Assembly (NCBI GenBank): GCA_013416795.1
Contig: RQSC01001104.1
Span: 1-44,886 of the forward strand
DNA length: 44,886 nucleotides
Source: Prasinococcaceae sp. CCMP 1430
Taxonomy: Eukaryota; Plantae; Prasinodermophyta
Direction: 5' to 3'
A program made the translations under genes and the position numbers. Shown piece after piece: positions 41,997-44,886 of the stretch (positions within the stretch are counted from its first letter, which is position 1; the number at the start of each line of letters is the position of its first letter). Under the pieces are notes generated by a model that saw only the letters and a program-made list of their open reading frames with translations, was not told the origin of the DNA and did not search any database.

Positions 41997-42840
41997 ATGG
42001 CTGCCGCGGCGACCGAGGTGAGCGTGAAGGAGCCGCTGGACCTCGTGAGGCTCTCTTTGGACGAGAAGGTCTACGTCAAGTGCCGCGGCGACCGCGAGCT
42101 CCGCGGCACCCTACACGTGCGTGCGCGCAGGCGCCGGCCAGGGCGCGCCCACGCCCGCGCCGCTGTCGCAGTGCAATGTTCGGCGCTGACGCGAGCGCGC
42201 GCACCGCCCTGCGCCCGTCCACCTTGCCTCTTTTTCCTTGATGCATCCTGGTGCAGGCGTACGATCAGCACCTCAACATGGTGCTGGGTGACGTGGAGGA
42301 GACGCTCACCACCGTCGAGGTGGACGCCGAGACGGGTGAGGAGATCGTGAAGGTGCGGCGCCGCGTTAGGGTTGGCGCATTGCTCGGGTTGTGCCCGCGC
42401 GCGCGCGTGCAGCCAAACGGGCCGTCATTCTTGCCTCGTCCTGCGCTCGGACAGCCACTGTCGATACTTGTTCCTGTGAGCGGCACCTTGGAGCTGCTGG
42501 CCGTGCCCTTGCAGCGCGGGTTGGCGCGTTCATGGCGTGGCGATGTGTACGAGCGGCGAACGCGCACAGCAGCAGGCTCAGGCGCGGACGCGAAGCTTCT
42601 GCTTCCTCGCCTCACTCGCCGCGCCCCCCCGACGGGACGTTGTCGATGGCTGCAATGGCTCCAGAGCAGGTCGTGCCGGGAGTGCGCCGATTGCCGTGCA
42701 GACCGGGCCTGACTGACGCACGCCGCTGCCCCATGCTGCCCGCTCACGTCCGACCGCAGGTGGCCAAGCGCACCATGGACTTCCTTTTCCTGCGCGGCGA
42801 CAGCATCATCCTCATCTCACCGCCGCTACGCGCTGCGTGA
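41997..42840 (+). CDS. LSM3: U6 snRNA-associated Sm-like protein LSm3; exons 41997-42116, 42257-42352, 42760-42840
   Basis: [46 protein letters not shown]...[29 protein letters not shown], with canonical phase-0 introns. Confidence 0.95.
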
Positions 42841-43589
42841 GTGGCGTAGGCATGTAGATTATGGCGCGCTCGCCTCGCGCGCTCTCACAGAGTACTAGTA
42901 CTAATAACGACCTTGTGGCTTCTTTCGGATCGCATCGCCGCCGCCTCCATCGAGTGCGCTGCAACAATCGATCCACGGCGTGCGACACTCAGCTGCCGCC
43001 TTTTCATCACCGACTCCGGCGCGCTCTGCTGCACGGCGCTCGCCTCGTGTGCTCTGTGCGCACCCTGTCGCATGGACTATATGCTTACACGTTTGAAAAA
43101 TTGTCGCATTCAGCCTGGTGGCAACCTTGGCGCAGGTCTCTCTGCTCGGAAGACAGATTCTGCAAAAAAGGTGGGTACAGGTGAGGATACAGGTCGTTGC
43201 CGTAGGAAAACTAGCTCAGGCTCAAGCGCGTTTTTCGGAGCATGCATCAGCGCAGGCATGCACTCGCGCATGGGGGCGGTTAGGGAAAGGGGGTGGCGGC
43301 CCCGAAGAGGGCCCCGCACCCCGCCCGCCCGCGAGGGGTTTGTCGCTGTTGCAGGTCAGCTGCTGCCGGGCGCCCATGGCCGCGCCGGGCCATCCTTCGT
43401 CCGGTTTTGAGGTCGTGTGGTACTCGAATACATCTGCTCATGCTCAACCGTTGGTTTTGTCCGCATGCAGTCACCGTTGCCACCCGCCGTTGCAGCGGGC
43501 AGAGCGCGCACCGCTGTGTGGCTCTCGTGAGGAAAACTGAGCCGAGGGCGTGCCTCGTCCGCCTCGATGGCGGTCAGGTGATAGGGGGG

Positions 43590-44801
43590 CTAGGCGGCAC
43601 TTGGCACCTCAGCCGCGGCCGCCCTGGCCAGCGCGGCATGTGGCGTGTCGTCTTGCTGGGTTTCGATTTCGGGCACCTCATGGTCGCGCTCGTGCGACAG
43701 CAGTAGGAGCAGCGGCACGGCCGGGTCGACCGCTTGGCCGAAGTCCTTCCCGCTGATCGACAGTTCGGCCTCCACGACCTTGGCGGTGGCGGCAATGGCG
43801 GCACTGCGGCGGCGCTTGGCGTGCGAGCGCGCCATGTGCGCCAGGTGTTTCTCGCAGAAGTTGTGGCCCGGCACCGCGTCCTTGGAGCAGCGCCAGTTCT
43901 TGCCGTCGGTGCGGCGGCAGCGGCAGGCCTCGATGGTGCTGCACGGGGAGGCCGACCTGGCCTTGGACGTCGCCGTCGCCTTCGCGCCTGAGCGCTTCAG
44001 CACGGTGCGCGGCGATCCGCCGTTGAATGCAGAGCCGCCAGCGTCCGTCTCGGTCTCGCCGCTCCGCGCCTCGCTGTCGCTGCGCGAGCGCTTGCTCCTC
44101 CCGGCCGAGTTGGCGGTCGAGGGCGCCTGCTCGCCGGCTTTGCCGGTCGGCGCGTTGGCCGTTTGCCGCGCCGCCGAGGCGGCGCCGACGGACGCGCTCG
44201 CTGACTGCTTGCGCGACTTGACGTGGACGTGTTTGGCGCAGTAGTTGTGGCCGGCCACGCATGGCTGCATGCAGCGCCAGCGCTTGCCGTCGGTGCGCCT
44301 GCAGCGCGGTCTGCCGCACGGCAGCAGCTCGTGGGCGGCCAGCGGCTTCACCTCGGGTTTCTGGTCCCTCTTCGGGACCTCTTGGTCGCCGGCGCCCTTC
44401 GCCGGCTGCGCAGCCACCGCGAGCTGCGCGCTGTGCCTGGCCGCGGCGGCCGCGGCCGCGGCCGCCTGCTGCGTGGCGTGCGCCTGGGCATGCTGCATGT
44501 ACTGCGCCTGCTGCTCTGTCCATCCCCGCTGCATGGCAGCGAACGCGGCCGCGGCGGCCTGCGGCGCCACCTGCGCGGCGCCTCCGAAGGCGGGGATGCT
44601 CGGCAGCGCGGGCATGCCCTGCGATGCCGCCAGCGCGGGCATGCCCTGCGATGCCGCCAGCATGCCTCCCCACTGCGGCGCCGGGACGAGCCCCTGCACC
44701 TGCGCCTGCTGCGGCGCGCCGACCCACGGGGCGCCCCTGGCGTACGCGTACGACGGCGGCGGCGACGGCGGCGGTGGGTGCGCGGGCGCGAGCGGGTCCA
44801 T
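43590..44801 (-). CDS. Protein with two WRC zinc-binding domains (GRF-like DNA-binding module)
   Basis: RCRRTDGKRWRCMQPCVAGHNYCAKH and RCRRTDGKNWRCSKDAVPGHNFCEKH (C3H WRC signature, twice); Gln/Ala/Pro-rich N-terminus; basic NLS-like HAKRRR. Confidence 0.88.
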   Translation of the reverse strand: MDPLAPAHPPPPSPPPSYAYARGAPWVGAPQQAQVQGLVPAPQWGGMLAASQGMPALAASQGMPALPSIPAFGGAAQVAPQAAAAAFAAMQRGWTEQQAQYMQHAQAHATQQAAAAAAAAARHSAQLAVAAQPAKGAGDQEVPKRDQKPEVKPLAAHELLPCGRPRCRRTDGKRWRCMQPCVAGHNYCAKHVHVKSRKQSASASVGAASAARQTANAPTGKAGEQAPSTANSAGRSKRSRSDSEARSGETETDAGGSAFNGGSPRTVLKRSGAKATATSKARSASPCSTIEACRCRRTDGKNWRCSKDAVPGHNFCEKHLAHMARSHAKRRRSAAIAATAKVVEAELSISGKDFGQAVDPAVPLLLLLSHERDHEVPEIETQQDDTPHAALARAAAAEVPSAA

Positions 44802-44886
44802 GGCCGCGATGCAACCGCCGCGATGGAAGGCGCGCGTGCGTGTGGGTGCGTGTCGGCGCGCCGCGACGAGCGCGAGCGCCGCGCGC

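Noticed and set aside
232-42759. Introner-type repeated introns
   Set aside because: The roughly 14 introns inferred share only splice signals; I saw no shared internal sequence between them by eye.
6212-42840. Functional cluster of nuclear transport/RNA-processing genes (Nup133, SR, SRP19, EBP1, XPO6, LSM3)
   Set aside because: They are interspersed with unrelated plastid, ciliary and metabolic genes; such housekeeping genes are common, so there is no evidence of clustering.
42860-43560. ORFs 42913-43410 and neighbours
   Set aside because: No coding bias or motifs; most likely the convergent 3' UTRs of LSM3 and the WRC gene.

Overview
Gene-dense, very GC- and CpG-rich eukaryotic nuclear DNA from a green alga. 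Supporting evidence: spliceosomal introns with GTGCGT/GTACGT donors, CTGAC-type branch points and YAG acceptors; photosynthetic/plastid genes (LHC, PSB33, TIC100-like, class II DAHP synthase); and ciliary/centriolar genes (ARL13B, CFAP61, CEP95-like). A prasinophyte-grade alga such as Prasinoderma is a plausible but unverified source. About 22 protein-coding genes are supported. No rRNA, tRNA, snRNA, CRISPR array or transposase was found. Main points for follow-up: (i) a glyoxalase II-type metallo-beta-lactamase reading in frame into DAHP synthase across a single ambiguous N (real fusion or collapsed assembly gap); (ii) a perfect 62-bp inverted repeat enclosing 10-bp-phased CAAAATGA repeats (MITE/foldback- or hairpin-like); (iii) an exportin-6-like gene; (iv) a divergent LHC with long extensions; (v) a tandem-WRC protein; (vi) a probable poison splice site in an SR gene; (vii) an EBP1 gene whose likely start is a splice-created GUG; (viii) a recurrent intergenic 12-mer and a repeated C-rich/AT-core/G-rich intergenic architecture. 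All homology calls come from recognising motifs by eye, not from database searches.
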